Origin: an uncultured Enterobacteriaceae bacterium
GTDB taxonomy: Bacteria; Pseudomonadota; Gammaproteobacteria; Eutrophobiales; Eutrophobiaceae
DNA: 64,000 nucleotides
Direction of reading: 5' to 3'
Assembly: GCA_964479045.1 (NCBI GenBank)
Contig: CAYZJI010000006.1
Coordinates: 80,241-144,240 of the forward strand
How positions within the stretch are numbered: the stretch's first letter is position 1; every line of letters starts with the position of its first letter. Of the stretch, positions 21,763-31,998 are shown piece after piece. The position numbers were made by a program, and so were the translations under genes. The notes beneath the pieces are model-generated. The model did not search any database, had not been told where the DNA came from, and was given only the letters and a program-made list of their open reading frames with translations.

Positions 21763-21806
21763 AAAAAACCGTATCCCCGAAAGGGATACGGTTTTTTGTT
21801 TTTTTA
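21763..21806 (+). terminator. Rho-independent terminator after phasin (accgtatcccc-gaaa-gggatacggt + T6)
   Basis: Perfect hairpin plus a U-run, seen in the sequence. Confidence 0.75.
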
Positions 21807-21837
21807 AGCGCAAAAAATACAGCCCGTATCCGGTCAT

Positions 21838-21886
21838 CCAAAAACAAAACCCGTACTCCTTGAAAGAAATACGGGTTTTGTTTATT
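21838..21886. terminator. Bidirectional terminator hairpin (aaacccgtactcc-ttgaaagaa-atacgggttt) serving phaC on the minus strand
   Basis: The stem has A/T runs on both sides. It lies 20 nt downstream of the phaC stop on the minus strand. Confidence 0.65.
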
Positions 21887-21905
21887 ACAGATAAACAGCA
21901 AACGA

Positions 21906-22970
21906 TCAGGTACGTTTATCCAGCCACTGGCCGACTGAAGGTGGAATCATTTTCTGCGCCTTGCCGCTGACATAAATACCGATATGCCCGCCGGGAAATT
22001 CAAGCTCGGTATAATCCTTGCTACTCACACATCCTTGCAAGGCTTTGGAAGAATCCGGTGGTACCAGATGGTCCGCTGCAGCAAAGATGTTCAGTACCGG
22101 AATGGTAATCTTCTCCAGATCCACGGTCTGGTTACCTATTTTAACCGTGCCTTTGACCAGTCCGTTTTCCTGATAAAACTGTTTGGTAAACTGGCGGAAC
22201 GCTTCGCCGGCCTGATCCGGGCTGTCAAAAATCCACTTTTCCATGCGCATGAAATTACGCGCCTGCTCCTTGTCATCCAGCAGATTGACCAGATCGATAT
22301 ATTTCTGCCCGACCAGCCGGAAAGGCTTCAATGAAAGATAGGTCATGTTGAGCAATTCACCCGGAACATTCCCCATCGTATCGACCAGCAGATCAACATC
22401 AATATGCCGTACCATTCTGCTCAGCAGATCGTCTTTGGTGTGGAAATCCACCGGGGTAACCGTGGTGATCAGGTTTTTGATTTTGTCCTGATGCAATGCT
22501 GTGTAACAGAGACTGAAAGCGCCGCCCTGACAGATGCCGAGCAGGTTGATTTTCTTGATCTTGTGTTCGCGGCAAATCACATCCACACAACGATCGATGT
22601 AACCATTGATGTAGTCATCGAGCGTAAGAAATTTATCAGCACTGTCCGGATAGCCCCAGTCAATCAGGTAAACATCCAGCCCCGCATCCAGCAGCCCCTG
22701 CACCATGGAACGGCCATCCTGCAAATCCGCCATATACGGCCGGTTGACCAGCGCATAGACAATGAGAAGAGGTACCGGATTGCGTTTTTTCACCCGCGGC
22801 TCAAAATGGTACAACACCAGCTTGTCTTCCTGATACACAGGTGCCTTCTTTGAGATACCGACTTCGATATCGCCAATTTCAGTGAGTGTATTGATGCCCT
22901 GCGCCAGTTTCACGTTGAACTGGTTGACTTCGTGGACTATCTCATCGGGCCTGATTTGGAAAGGTATCAC
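21906..22970 (-). CDS. phaC: Poly(3-hydroxyalkanoate) synthase, class III, catalytic subunit PhaC
   Basis: 354 aa, about the size of class-III PhaC. A lipase-box-like GICQGG and a conserved C-terminal region are present. The phaE stop lies 19 nt upstream. Confidence 0.9.
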   Translation of the reverse strand: MIPFQIRPDEIVHEVNQFNVKLAQGINTLTEIGDIEVGISKKAPVYQEDKLVLYHFEPRVKKRNPVPLLIVYALVNRPYMADLQDGRSMVQGLLDAGLDVYLIDWGYPDSADKFLTLDDYINGYIDRCVDVICREHKIKKINLLGICQGGAFSLCYTALHQDKIKNLITTVTPVDFHTKDDLLSRMVRHIDVDLLVDTMGNVPGELLNMTYLSLKPFRLVGQKYIDLVNLLDDKEQARNFMRMEKWIFDSPDQAGEAFRQFTKQFYQENGLVKGTVKIGNQTVDLEKITIPVLNIFAAADHLVPPDSSKALQGCVSSKDYTELEFPGGHIGIYVSGKAQKMIPPSVGQWLDKRT

Positions 22971-22989
22971 GACAGGTGTTCCTCAAGGG

Positions 22990-24171
22990 TCAAATTTTGA
23001 TGATGATCTTTTCGTCTTTCTTGCCGGGTTTACGCACAGGTTTGCGGGCAACCTCCACGCGTTTGCGGGATTCCTTCACTACCGGTTTTGATACTGGCGC
23101 AATTGTGGGTGCTGTTCTGGGTTTTGTGCCGTTGGTGCCGGAAGGTTTAGGTACACCGGCAGCGACCGTTTTCTGCAAATCCCTGATCTGGTCCTGTAAA
23201 TCTGTAATCCGGCGTGACATTTCCTTTGCATCCCGGCGCATTTCCTGCTGACGTTTTTGCAGGGTATTCATGCCACGGCGGGTGGGCATATTGAGCCCGC
23301 CCAGCAGCTCATCCACCACATTGCGTCCATGATGCTTCACCGCCATCAAGGAGTTGGTCAGGCGACCATAGAGAACGGAAAATTCTTCGGTGGCAGTATA
23401 AGCCGCATAAGCATCTTCATTACAATCCACCCAGAGATCATAAATCTCGCGCAGACTGTTGATCTCTTCGCCCTCTTCCGCCAGTTTGATAATCCGTTTA
23501 CGCATTTCTTCCAACGCATCGACACTGACTTTGGTCATGGCAACGTTGTAATCACGTGAATTTTTCTGATATTCATTCCAGAGACGGATTCCTTCCTGGG
23601 CCTGTTCCTGGCTTTCGCGGGTATAGCCTACACCCGGTATGGAGAGAAACTTGTCGGTCACGCTTTCCAGTGCATCCGGTTTCAGATCAGCAAGGAAATC
23701 ACCGGGCATCAGGGATGCTGAAGAGAAAGTGCGTTGCAGGGTATCCAGTGGTAATTGCTGCCAGGCACCCCACATCCCATGCATGGCCTGTGTTGAGTCT
23801 GCCTGTTGACTCTGAAACAGCCGCTTCATTTCTTCAAATTGCGTATTGAGCGCAGTTTGCCAGTCGCCCGTGGCCTTGTTGTATTCGTTGACGTTATTCA
23901 ACAGCTGGGTGAATTGCTCACTGAGGACGTAGAAAAATCTGCCCTGTTCAAGCATCTTGGTGACAAACTCGGAACTGCCTTCCGGCAAGGCGCCGGAAAC
24001 AGATTTCCACCAGAAATCCATCATGTCAGCCAGAGGATTGTTCTTTGCTGAACCAGTCTTGATCCTCGCCGCCGGCTGGGTAAATGACAGCCACGCTTCC
24101 ATCCATTTGCGCTGGGACTCCATCCAGTCCGTACCCCCCCACTGATTTTTACCGGTATTGCTCATTGCCAT
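22990..24171 (-). CDS. phaE: Poly(3-hydroxyalkanoate) synthase, class III, subunit PhaE, with lysine-rich C-terminal tail
   Basis: The N-terminus W..QRKWMEAW matches the PhaE pattern (A. vinosum-type W..QRKYWDNW). It is longer than typical PhaE because of a Lys/Pro/Arg/Val-rich tail (KPVVKESRKRVEVARKPVRKPGKKDEKIIIKI). Confidence 0.8.
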   Translation of the reverse strand: MAMSNTGKNQWGGTDWMESQRKWMEAWLSFTQPAARIKTGSAKNNPLADMMDFWWKSVSGALPEGSSEFVTKMLEQGRFFYVLSEQFTQLLNNVNEYNKATGDWQTALNTQFEEMKRLFQSQQADSTQAMHGMWGAWQQLPLDTLQRTFSSASLMPGDFLADLKPDALESVTDKFLSIPGVGYTRESQEQAQEGIRLWNEYQKNSRDYNVAMTKVSVDALEEMRKRIIKLAEEGEEINSLREIYDLWVDCNEDAYAAYTATEEFSVLYGRLTNSLMAVKHHGRNVVDELLGGLNMPTRRGMNTLQKRQQEMRRDAKEMSRRITDLQDQIRDLQKTVAAGVPKPSGTNGTKPRTAPTIAPVSKPVVKESRKRVEVARKPVRKPGKKDEKIIIKI

Positions 24172-24257
24172 TTTGTCCGCTGATTACGATGGTCAAAGCC
24201 ACCATTGTTATTTTTTTATCCTACCACAGAGTGGTTTACCTGCTTGCCTGGCGCAGC

Positions 24258-24295
24258 ATAAAAAAAGCCCGTATACCAGAGGTAGTACGGGCTTT
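24258..24295 (-). terminator. Rho-independent terminator of second phasin gene (agcccgta...tacgggct + T7 on the minus strand)
   Basis: Hairpin preceded by an A7 run on the plus strand. It lies 40 nt downstream of the phasin stop. Confidence 0.7.
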
Positions 24296-24336
24296 CTGTC
24301 TGGCGCATATCGCCAATCTTCAATGAAGACGGTGGC

Positions 24337-24705
24337 TTATTTTTTGGCAGTGCGTTTGGCCGGGACTTTCGCAGTAGTTTCTGCGGTTTCGAGGCCTTTT
24401 TCCATCCAGGTCACAATTTCATCGCGGGATTCACTCAGGATAGAAGCGGCCTGCTTGGTGAAATCCATCGCCTTGGCACTGTATACACCGGCAAAGTCAG
24501 TTTCAGCGGTCAGGTAATCCTTGTAATTGCTGGTGCTGGTCAGCAGCTTGGTCTGCTCTATGCCGGTTTCGATATTGAATGTGGCAAATTTGAACTGCAG
24601 ATCCATCAGCTTCTGGAAAGCCTTGGCATTGATGGCCCCCAGTTCCTGCAGGGACTCATAAGATGCCCGGCCGGCGGTGGTAAATTGTTCTACATAGTCT
24701 TGCAT
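24337..24705 (-). CDS. Phasin family protein (second copy)
   Basis: 122-aa helical Ala/Glu/Lys/Thr-rich protein whose pattern parallels the first phasin (LQELGAINAKAFQKLMDLQFKF). It is adjacent to phaE. Confidence 0.7.
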   Translation of the reverse strand: MQDYVEQFTTAGRASYESLQELGAINAKAFQKLMDLQFKFATFNIETGIEQTKLLTSTSNYKDYLTAETDFAGVYSAKAMDFTKQAASILSESRDEIVTWMEKGLETAETTAKVPAKRTAKK

Positions 24706-24898
24706 GATATGACTCCTTGGGATTAACCAATCATTTTGGGTTGAAAATACGCTGTTTCACCTTTATGGTGCGGCGCAATATATTGCAATGCAACATATCC
24801 CAATGGCCATGCCCTGTCAACAGTTTTTCGATGAATTATTTATGAAATCCTGTGTCCGAACCGGATTGAATTCCGGCACGGACACGGGCAGCAGCCCC

Positions 24899-27466
24899 TC
24901 AGGCTGTTTTCATGACTTTGCAGAGAATTTGGGCCAGAGGCAGGGGCTTACCGAAATAATAACCCTGGATGGCATGACAACCTTTTTCCCTCATGTAGTT
25001 GAACTGCTCAACCGTTTCCACGCCTTCTGCCAGGACTTTCAGGCCCAGTTGCCGCGCAATGGCGATAATCGCCTCACATATAGCAGCATCGCTCGGATTG
25101 GTATACAAATCACGCACAAAGGATTTGTCAATTTTGATGATATTGATGGGAAACTGCTTGAGATATGCCAGTGAAGAATAGCCGGTGCCAAAATCATCGA
25201 GGGACAGTTTCAGTCCGAGGGCGCTTAACTGATTCAGTATTTCCAGGCTACGGGCCGTTTCCGTCATCATGATCGTTTCGGTAATTTCGATCACCAGTTG
25301 TTCCGGGGTGACACCGGTTTCATCCATGATCAGCTTGATGCGATCCACGATAGTGTTATCCACAAACTGGCGCGCCGAGAGGTTAATTGAAACGCTGCGA
25401 AAATCCGGATTCATCCGGGACATCTCCGCAATATCACGGCAGGCGCGTCGCAATATCCAGTCACCCACCGGCACAATCAACCCGGTATCTTCCAGTAATG
25501 GTACAAACTGATCAGGAGAGACGAGGCCGGTTTCCGAGTCATGCCAGCGGATCAGTGCTTCATAGCCTGATACTTGCAAGGTTTGTACGTCCACTTGCGG
25601 CTGGTAATACAACATAAACTGATCATATTCCACAGCACGCCGCAGCCGGTTTTCGCGATCCAGTCGCTGCCGGGCCTCTGCATTCATGGTCTGGGTATAG
25701 TACTGGTAATTATTGCGGCCCTTGGACTTGGCGTGATACATGGCCGAATCTGCATTCTTGACCAGGGATTCTATATCCTCAGCATCATCCGGAAATATGC
25801 TGACGCCTATACTCGGGCTGATACTGATCTCTTCGCCGCCGATACTGAATGATGTATCCAGCAGACTGATGATTTTTTCTGCGACCTTGCCTGCTACGCT
25901 GATGTCCTGTATTTCGGGCAATATGATTGTGAATTCATCCCCACCCAGGCGACACACGGTATCCGTACTGCGTACACACTGTGCAAATCGTACAGCGACA
26001 TTTTTCAGGAGTTCATCGCCGGCACTGTGCCCGAGTGAATCATTGATTTTCTTGAAGCGGTCCAGATCTATGTAAAGCAACCCCAGCAACTTTTGATGAC
26101 GGCGTGAACGGTCCATGCCCTGTTGCAAACGGTCCATAAACAGGGAACGGTTGGGCAGCCCGGTAAGTGTATCGAAATTGGCCATATGCAGCAGTTCTTC
26201 TTCGGAACGCTTGCGCTGAGTTATGTCTTCAAACAGCCAGATGACACCTTCTGCCCCGGTTTTTTCAGAAATGGATTTTGCTGAAACAGCACACCAGAAG
26301 ATGGTTCCATTCTTGTGCTTCATCTTCCATTCACCCTGATACGTTTCATCATTGGCCAGCAAGTTGACCGCCGCCTCATTGATCGCTTCATGGGTCTGTG
26401 TCGATGGATAAAGTATGTCCTTGTTCCGGCCCTCAATCTCTTCACGATCGTAACCGAATATTTCCTCGAACTTCCGGTTCACAGCAACGATCTTTTTATC
26501 CATGACCTGGGCAATGCCAACCAGCGCATTTTCCAGTATGGCACGCATGCGTTTTTCATTACGTTCCAGTGCGGTGTTGGCATTGATCACTTCATTAAAC
26601 AGGGACTCAAGGCGTTCAGCAGAGCGGTTGAAATCCATGGTCAATTCCGCAAACTCATCATGTACTTCACGGTTTTCATCCAGGCGGCGTGACATATCAC
26701 CCCCGGACAAATCATGCATGGCTATCCGCACGTTGTTCAGCGGTGCATCGATCCGGTAAATCACCAGTGCTGTGCCGGCCACGATAATTGCGATTACCAG
26801 CAGACTCACAATCATGACAATTGCGAGGTTTATAAAACTCAAGTCACGAGAAGCTGAGGTCAGCGTATTAATCTTGTCTGCAGTGAGTGTTGATATTCTT
26901 TTCAGTGTTGCCGTCAACTCGGCATCTCGCGTGCCGATTTCTGCATTCATATCAATCAACTCGTCCTGCGTGCAGGATGCATTCGGCCCTTCAGTGGCCG
27001 ACACTTCCAGGATATTTAGCTTGCATTTTGTCAATGCGAGATCGTGCGCAAGATAATCCCTGAATTTCTCCACCAGGCCCGGTAACATCGTACGCAGATC
27101 CGAAAAGTCCGCATTATGGCGTGTGAGTTGCGCCAGATAACCGGTTATCAGCTCTTCCTGACTACCCTGTTCCAGATATGCGCCCAGATCTTCAATCCGG
27201 TTTGTCTCCATGAGGTCCTGCCGGAGTTTCTGCTTTTCAGCAAGCTGATATTCAAGGTTTCTGAGAATATTGCTGGAGGGAATCAGATTTTCATCAAGCA
27301 ATTCCTGTTTGGATGAAATAACATCATTGGTGACGAGTGCTGTAATGGACAGCAGAATAACTGCAGAGGAACAGATGATCGCCCAGTTCTGCAGCAGTTT
27401 CCTGATGGAGAGATTATTCAGGAGCCGGGAATTTTTGAGATAACCTGGAAGATCAATATTATGCAC
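24899..27466 (-). CDS. Sensor-containing bifunctional diguanylate cyclase/phosphodiesterase (TM sensor - HAMP-like - PAS - GGDEF - EAL)
   Basis: It has two TM helices flanking a periplasmic region, a PAS block, and a GGDEF domain (RLGGDEF). The EAL domain carries YEALIRW and DDFGTGYSSL. Confidence 0.85.
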   Translation of the reverse strand: MHNIDLPGYLKNSRLLNNLSIRKLLQNWAIICSSAVILLSITALVTNDVISSKQELLDENLIPSSNILRNLEYQLAEKQKLRQDLMETNRIEDLGAYLEQGSQEELITGYLAQLTRHNADFSDLRTMLPGLVEKFRDYLAHDLALTKCKLNILEVSATEGPNASCTQDELIDMNAEIGTRDAELTATLKRISTLTADKINTLTSASRDLSFINLAIVMIVSLLVIAIIVAGTALVIYRIDAPLNNVRIAMHDLSGGDMSRRLDENREVHDEFAELTMDFNRSAERLESLFNEVINANTALERNEKRMRAILENALVGIAQVMDKKIVAVNRKFEEIFGYDREEIEGRNKDILYPSTQTHEAINEAAVNLLANDETYQGEWKMKHKNGTIFWCAVSAKSISEKTGAEGVIWLFEDITQRKRSEEELLHMANFDTLTGLPNRSLFMDRLQQGMDRSRRHQKLLGLLYIDLDRFKKINDSLGHSAGDELLKNVAVRFAQCVRSTDTVCRLGGDEFTIILPEIQDISVAGKVAEKIISLLDTSFSIGGEEISISPSIGVSIFPDDAEDIESLVKNADSAMYHAKSKGRNNYQYYTQTMNAEARQRLDRENRLRRAVEYDQFMLYYQPQVDVQTLQVSGYEALIRWHDSETGLVSPDQFVPLLEDTGLIVPVGDWILRRACRDIAEMSRMNPDFRSVSINLSARQFVDNTIVDRIKLIMDETGVTPEQLVIEITETIMMTETARSLEILNQLSALGLKLSLDDFGTGYSSLAYLKQFPINIIKIDKSFVRDLYTNPSDAAICEAIIAIARQLGLKVLAEGVETVEQFNYMREKGCHAIQGYYFGKPLPLAQILCKVMKTA

Positions 27467-27606
27467 AAATCAGCATTCCGTATCCGTGGATCCCATATGG
27501 TTGTTGTTATGCGGAAAGTATACTGCAATTATCCCCTTGTTCATCCACCGTGGCACTTTAACTTAGAGTAAATCCAGACAAAAACGCCGCAGATCAAGCA
27601 CTTTTG

Positions 27607-28155
27607 CTAGAAATTCATCTTTTCCGGCGAGGCCTTGTAACGCTCAAGCGCGCTGCGTATCTCGTTTTTGGCGGCTTCGGCATCGCGCCAGCCGTGTACC
27701 TTCACCCATTTATTGGGTTCCAGATCCTTGTAATGCTCGAAAAAATGAGTGATCTGATCCAGCAGGGCCGGTTGCAGATCCGAGGGAGATTTCACATTAC
27801 GATGAAATTTTGAAACTTTCGGGATAGGAATGGCGAGTACCTTGCTGTCATCTCCGGCTTCATCCGTCATATCCAGTACGCCTATTGGATGACAGCGCAT
27901 CACCGCACCATGAATGATAGGCATGGGCGTGGCAACCAGTACATCCACCGGATCACCATCCATCGCCAGTGTGCGCGGGATGTAGCCATAATTGCAAGGA
28001 TAGACCATGGATGTGTTCAGATAACGATCCACAAACAGTGCGCCAGTTTCCTTGTCGAGTTCATATTTGACCGGCTCACCGCGTATGGGAATTTCAATGA
28101 TGACATTGATTTCATCCGGTGGATTACGGCCCGGCCCGACTCTGTCCAGATTCAT
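27607..28155 (-). CDS. ppa: Inorganic pyrophosphatase
   Basis: 182 aa with family-I PPase motifs (DGDPVDVLV; YELDKETG). Confidence 0.9.
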   Translation of the reverse strand: MNLDRVGPGRNPPDEINVIIEIPIRGEPVKYELDKETGALFVDRYLNTSMVYPCNYGYIPRTLAMDGDPVDVLVATPMPIIHGAVMRCHPIGVLDMTDEAGDDSKVLAIPIPKVSKFHRNVKSPSDLQPALLDQITHFFEHYKDLEPNKWVKVHGWRDAEAAKNEIRSALERYKASPEKMNF

Positions 28156-28170
28156 GCTGTGCTTACCTGT

Positions 28171-30111
28171 TTATTTGACTGCCCGGTTGCTGATTAAATG
28201 ATCGACCACGCTCGGATCCGCCAGAGTACTGGTGTCACCCAGACTGTCAACTTCATTGGCGGCAACCTTGCGTAAAATACGGCGCATGATCTTGCCGGAA
28301 CGGGTCTTGGGCAGGCCCGGTGCCCATTGAATGATATCCGGTGTGGCAATTGGTCCGATTTCCTTGCGCACATGTTGCACCAGTGCCTTGCGTAATTCTT
28401 CACTGGGTTCCACACCGGCCATGAGCGTGACATAGGCGTAAATGCCCTGTCCTTTGATCTCATGTGGATAACCGACAACTGCTGCTTCGCACACAGCATC
28501 ATGCAGTACCAGTGCACTTTCCACTTCTGCTGTACCCATGCGATGGCCGGATACGTTAATCACATCATCAATGCGGCCGGTAATCCAGTAATAACCATCC
28601 TTGTCCCGGCGGGCTCCGTCACCGGTGAAATATTTTCCTGGAAACATCTTGAAATAGGTGTCAATAAAACGCTGATGATCGCCATAGACCGTCCGCATTT
28701 GTCCCGGCCACGGCCGCTTGATACACAATGCACCTTCGGCTTCACCTACGAGTTCTTTACCCTTGTCATCCACGATGCAGGGCTCAACCCCAAAAAACGG
28801 CAATGTGGCAGAACCCGCTTTTAGATCAATGGCCCCCGGTAAGGGTGTGATCAGATGACCCCCGGTTTCGGTCTGCCACCAGGTATCCATGATCGGACAC
28901 CGGCTTTCGCCGACAACGGTGTAATACCACTCCCAGGCTTCAGGGTTTATCGGTTCACCCACACTGCCGAGTATACGCAGACTGCGGCGATCATGTTTTG
29001 TGACGAATGCATCTCCCTGACCCATCAACGCGCGTATGGCCGTGGGTGCAGTGTAAAATATATTCACCTTGTGTTTTGCCACCACCTGCCAGAATCGTCC
29101 GGCATCCGGCCAGGTTGGCACACCTTCAAACATGACTGAAATCGCGCCATTACACAACGGACCATAAATAATATACGAATGACCGGTGACCCAGCCAATA
29201 TCTGCCGTGCACCAGTAAATGTCGCCATCATGATAATCAAACACATATTTGTGTGTCATGGCGGCATAAAGCAGATAACCGCCCGTGGTGTGCAGGGCGC
29301 CCTTGGGTTTGCCGGTTGAACCGGAGGTATAAAGAATAAACAACGGATCTTCCGCATCCATGTCTTCCGGAGGACATTCGGATGCAGCCGTGGCCATTGC
29401 TTCGTGATACCAGATATCACGACCGGCATTCCAGGCAATATTGCCGCCGGTACGCTTCACCACAATCACGCTTTTTACTCCTGGACAGGCTTTCAGTGCC
29501 TGATCGGCATTGGCCTTCAATGGTGTGTTACGGCCACCGCGGACACTTTCATCCGCGGTGATCAGTACGCTGCAGTTGGAATCGATTATACGATCCTTCA
29601 ATGCTTCCGGTGAGAATCCACCAAATACAATGGAATGCATGGCACCGATACGCGTACAGGCCAGCATGGCAACAGCCGCTTCAGGGATCATGGGCATGTA
29701 TATGGAAACACAATCGCCTTTTTTAACGCCATGGTTTTTCAGCACGTTGGCAAATTTACAGACATCCGCATGTAACTCGCGGTAAGTGATTTTTTTATCC
29801 GTATTGGGGTCATCCCCTTCCCAGATAATGGCGGTCTGATTACCACGTGTAGCGAGATGACGATCCAGACAATTGTAGGAAATATTCAGTTTGCCGCCGG
29901 CAAACCATTTAACATCGACATTTTTGTCGTAGTCCCACTTTAGAACCTTGTCCCATTTTCTGGACCAGGTAATAAACTTTTCCGCCTGTTCAGCCCAGAA
30001 ATGATCCGGATCCTTAAGCGAGCGCTGGTACATCTCTTGATACTGTTTCTTGTTAATATGGGCGTGCCGGGCGGTCGCCTCCGTAACAGGATGGGTTTTA
30101 ACCTCTGACAT
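28171..30111 (-). CDS. acs: Acetyl-CoA synthetase (AMP-forming)
   Basis: 646 aa. An AMP-binding motif ([11 protein letters not shown]) and the Acs C-terminal region with lysine ([11 protein letters not shown]) are present. Confidence 0.9.
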   Translation of the reverse strand: MSEVKTHPVTEATARHAHINKKQYQEMYQRSLKDPDHFWAEQAEKFITWSRKWDKVLKWDYDKNVDVKWFAGGKLNISYNCLDRHLATRGNQTAIIWEGDDPNTDKKITYRELHADVCKFANVLKNHGVKKGDCVSIYMPMIPEAAVAMLACTRIGAMHSIVFGGFSPEALKDRIIDSNCSVLITADESVRGGRNTPLKANADQALKACPGVKSVIVVKRTGGNIAWNAGRDIWYHEAMATAASECPPEDMDAEDPLFILYTSGSTGKPKGALHTTGGYLLYAAMTHKYVFDYHDGDIYWCTADIGWVTGHSYIIYGPLCNGAISVMFEGVPTWPDAGRFWQVVAKHKVNIFYTAPTAIRALMGQGDAFVTKHDRRSLRILGSVGEPINPEAWEWYYTVVGESRCPIMDTWWQTETGGHLITPLPGAIDLKAGSATLPFFGVEPCIVDDKGKELVGEAEGALCIKRPWPGQMRTVYGDHQRFIDTYFKMFPGKYFTGDGARRDKDGYYWITGRIDDVINVSGHRMGTAEVESALVLHDAVCEAAVVGYPHEIKGQGIYAYVTLMAGVEPSEELRKALVQHVRKEIGPIATPDIIQWAPGLPKTRSGKIMRRILRKVAANEVDSLGDTSTLADPSVVDHLISNRAVK

Positions 30112-30226
30112 GGTTTGCCTCCTCAGTCATCTACTCTATAGGCAGTTTTTAGTAATGACACTTTATACAAAGTGAATATGCTGTTACAACGCAAAAATAT
30201 CTGTACTCCCTCCCGGCAAGGTATTC

Positions 30227-30964
30227 TCAGGATCCAAATACTTTTTTCAGTAATTCGGTCGTCCGGGCCGCAGGGTCCTTTCGGATCTGCTTCTCCTCAT
30301 TTGCCAGTATCCTGAACAGCCCATCAATACTTTTGTTGGTAACATATTGATCGATATCCAGTGATTCAGGATCGATAAAGCCGGACGCAATACCCAGCTT
30401 GTCCACCATACTTTTGTATCTGGCCGTAACGCCGACCTTGCTGGTGGACTTTTGCACGATTGGCAAAATCTTTTCAGCCAGACGTTCACCGCTCTTCTTG
30501 CGGAAATACCGGGTGGCCGCATCATCCGGCCCACGCAGGATGTTGCCGGCCTCTTCAATACTCATGGATTTGATAGCATCGACAAAAATGGCAGTGGTTC
30601 CGGGGACGGCCTGTTCAGCTGCGCGGTTCAGGGTCAGTATGAACTCATCGGCATATTTATCCTGCTTTACTGCGCGCAGGGCATCCTCCACCTTTTCCAG
30701 TGATTCCGGCATGGGAATCCTGACCTTGGGGTTCCGGTAAAATCCATCGATACGCCCCAGTTTTTTAATCGCATTCTGGCTGCCCAAGGTCAACGCCTGC
30801 TTCAAACCATCAATAATCTCATTATTGGTCAATCCGGAACTGCCAGTCCCCTTCTCATCACCAAACAGATCAAAAATACCGCTCCAACCGGCATGTGCAC
30901 ATGCAGACATCATAAGTGATGTGATGATCATGCCATGAAAAATTTTGGTTCTTTTCTGTTTCAT
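30227..30964 (-). CDS. DUF4197-like periplasmic protein
   Basis: It has a signal peptide (MKQKRTKIFHGMIITSLMMSACAHA). The EIIDGLKQALTLGSQNAIKKLGRIDGF block recalls DUF4197. The start was set at the ATG at 30964, because the track ORF begins at a TTG. Confidence 0.45.
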   Translation of the reverse strand: MKQKRTKIFHGMIITSLMMSACAHAGWSGIFDLFGDEKGTGSSGLTNNEIIDGLKQALTLGSQNAIKKLGRIDGFYRNPKVRIPMPESLEKVEDALRAVKQDKYADEFILTLNRAAEQAVPGTTAIFVDAIKSMSIEEAGNILRGPDDAATRYFRKKSGERLAEKILPIVQKSTSKVGVTARYKSMVDKLGIASGFIDPESLDIDQYVTNKSIDGLFRILANEEKQIRKDPAARTTELLKKVFGS

Positions 30965-30982
30965 AAATATAAATGCCAAGAT

Positions 30983-31018
30983 TAAAAAAAAGGGGCAAGG
31001 TTTTATCCTTGCCCCTCT
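30983..31018 (-). terminator. Strong rho-independent terminator after the OmpA-family gene (aggggcaagg-tttta-ccttgcccct + T8 on minus strand)
   Basis: A 10-bp perfect stem and an A8 run on the plus strand, seen directly. Confidence 0.75.
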
Positions 31019-31048
31019 GTCATTTAAACGGAATTAGTGGATCAATGC

Positions 31049-31828
31049 TTATTTGGCAATAATCTCAACCCGTCTGTTCTGCGCGCGGCCTTCGCGAGTG
31101 TCATTGCTGGCAATCGGATGGCTCTCACCCTTGCCCACTGGACTCAGTCGTGAACTGCTGACTCCTTTGGATGTCAGGTAATCGGCCACAGAACGGGCAC
31201 GACGTTGTGAAAGCTGAGAGTTGTAGGCATCTGAACCAATGCTGTCCGTATGTCCTTCAATTGCAATGGAATCAGACGGATTCGCATTGATCGCCGCCAC
31301 CGCCTGATCCAGTATCGACTTGGCCTGGCTGGTCAGTTGCGCACTGTCGAAAGCAAAGTGCACATCAGACAAGGTGAGCAATGTGCGCGGGCAACCATCA
31401 GTATCCACGACTGTGCCCAGCGGAGTGTCCGGACACTTATCAAGGTAATCCGGTACGCCGTCGCCATCACTGTCCAGTTCACAACCCCTGGCATCCACAG
31501 CAACGCCTTCCGGTGTAAACGGACACATATCATCCTTGTCACGGACGCCGTCACCATCCTGGTCATCTGCCCAGAAATGTCCGGCTTGTTCTTCAGCAGC
31601 AGGTGCAGGAGCCGGTGCACTGCCGTCACAGAACATGAAACCCAGCAAGGCACCGCTTGCCAGACCGGCGCCAGCACCGACAACGTTGCCAACCGCCCCG
31701 CCTACCCCAAAACCGGTCAGGGACGTACCCCAGATACAGGTGTTACGGTCTGCTTCCGGCCAGATAGTCGCACACCCCGAAAACAGCAATGCCGCCATCA
31801 AGGCCAGTATGATTTTTAGGTTTTTCAT
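31049..31828 (-). CDS. OmpA-family lipoprotein with thrombospondin type-3 (Ca-binding DxDxDG) repeats
   Basis: It has a lipobox (LLFSGC), repeated DQDGDGVRDKDD / DSDGDGVPD motifs, and a C-terminal OmpA domain (IEGHTDSIGSDAYNSQLSQRRARSV...NRRVEI). Confidence 0.75.
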   Translation of the reverse strand: MKNLKIILALMAALLFSGCATIWPEADRNTCIWGTSLTGFGVGGAVGNVVGAGAGLASGALLGFMFCDGSAPAPAPAAEEQAGHFWADDQDGDGVRDKDDMCPFTPEGVAVDARGCELDSDGDGVPDYLDKCPDTPLGTVVDTDGCPRTLLTLSDVHFAFDSAQLTSQAKSILDQAVAAINANPSDSIAIEGHTDSIGSDAYNSQLSQRRARSVADYLTSKGVSSSRLSPVGKGESHPIASNDTREGRAQNRRVEIIAK

Positions 31829-31998
31829 TTTCAGAGACTCCTTATATTTGTTCAACGCCCGGTTGTTATACAAGTCCACATTCTGGGTAATTATAAAATG
31901 AGGGCTGCAAAGTTTCAGGTAACTTATGCCATTTTACAGCGGCATTTACCGAGAAATCTATCACAAAAGCCCTCTGATAGATGGAATTATAGACGAAA

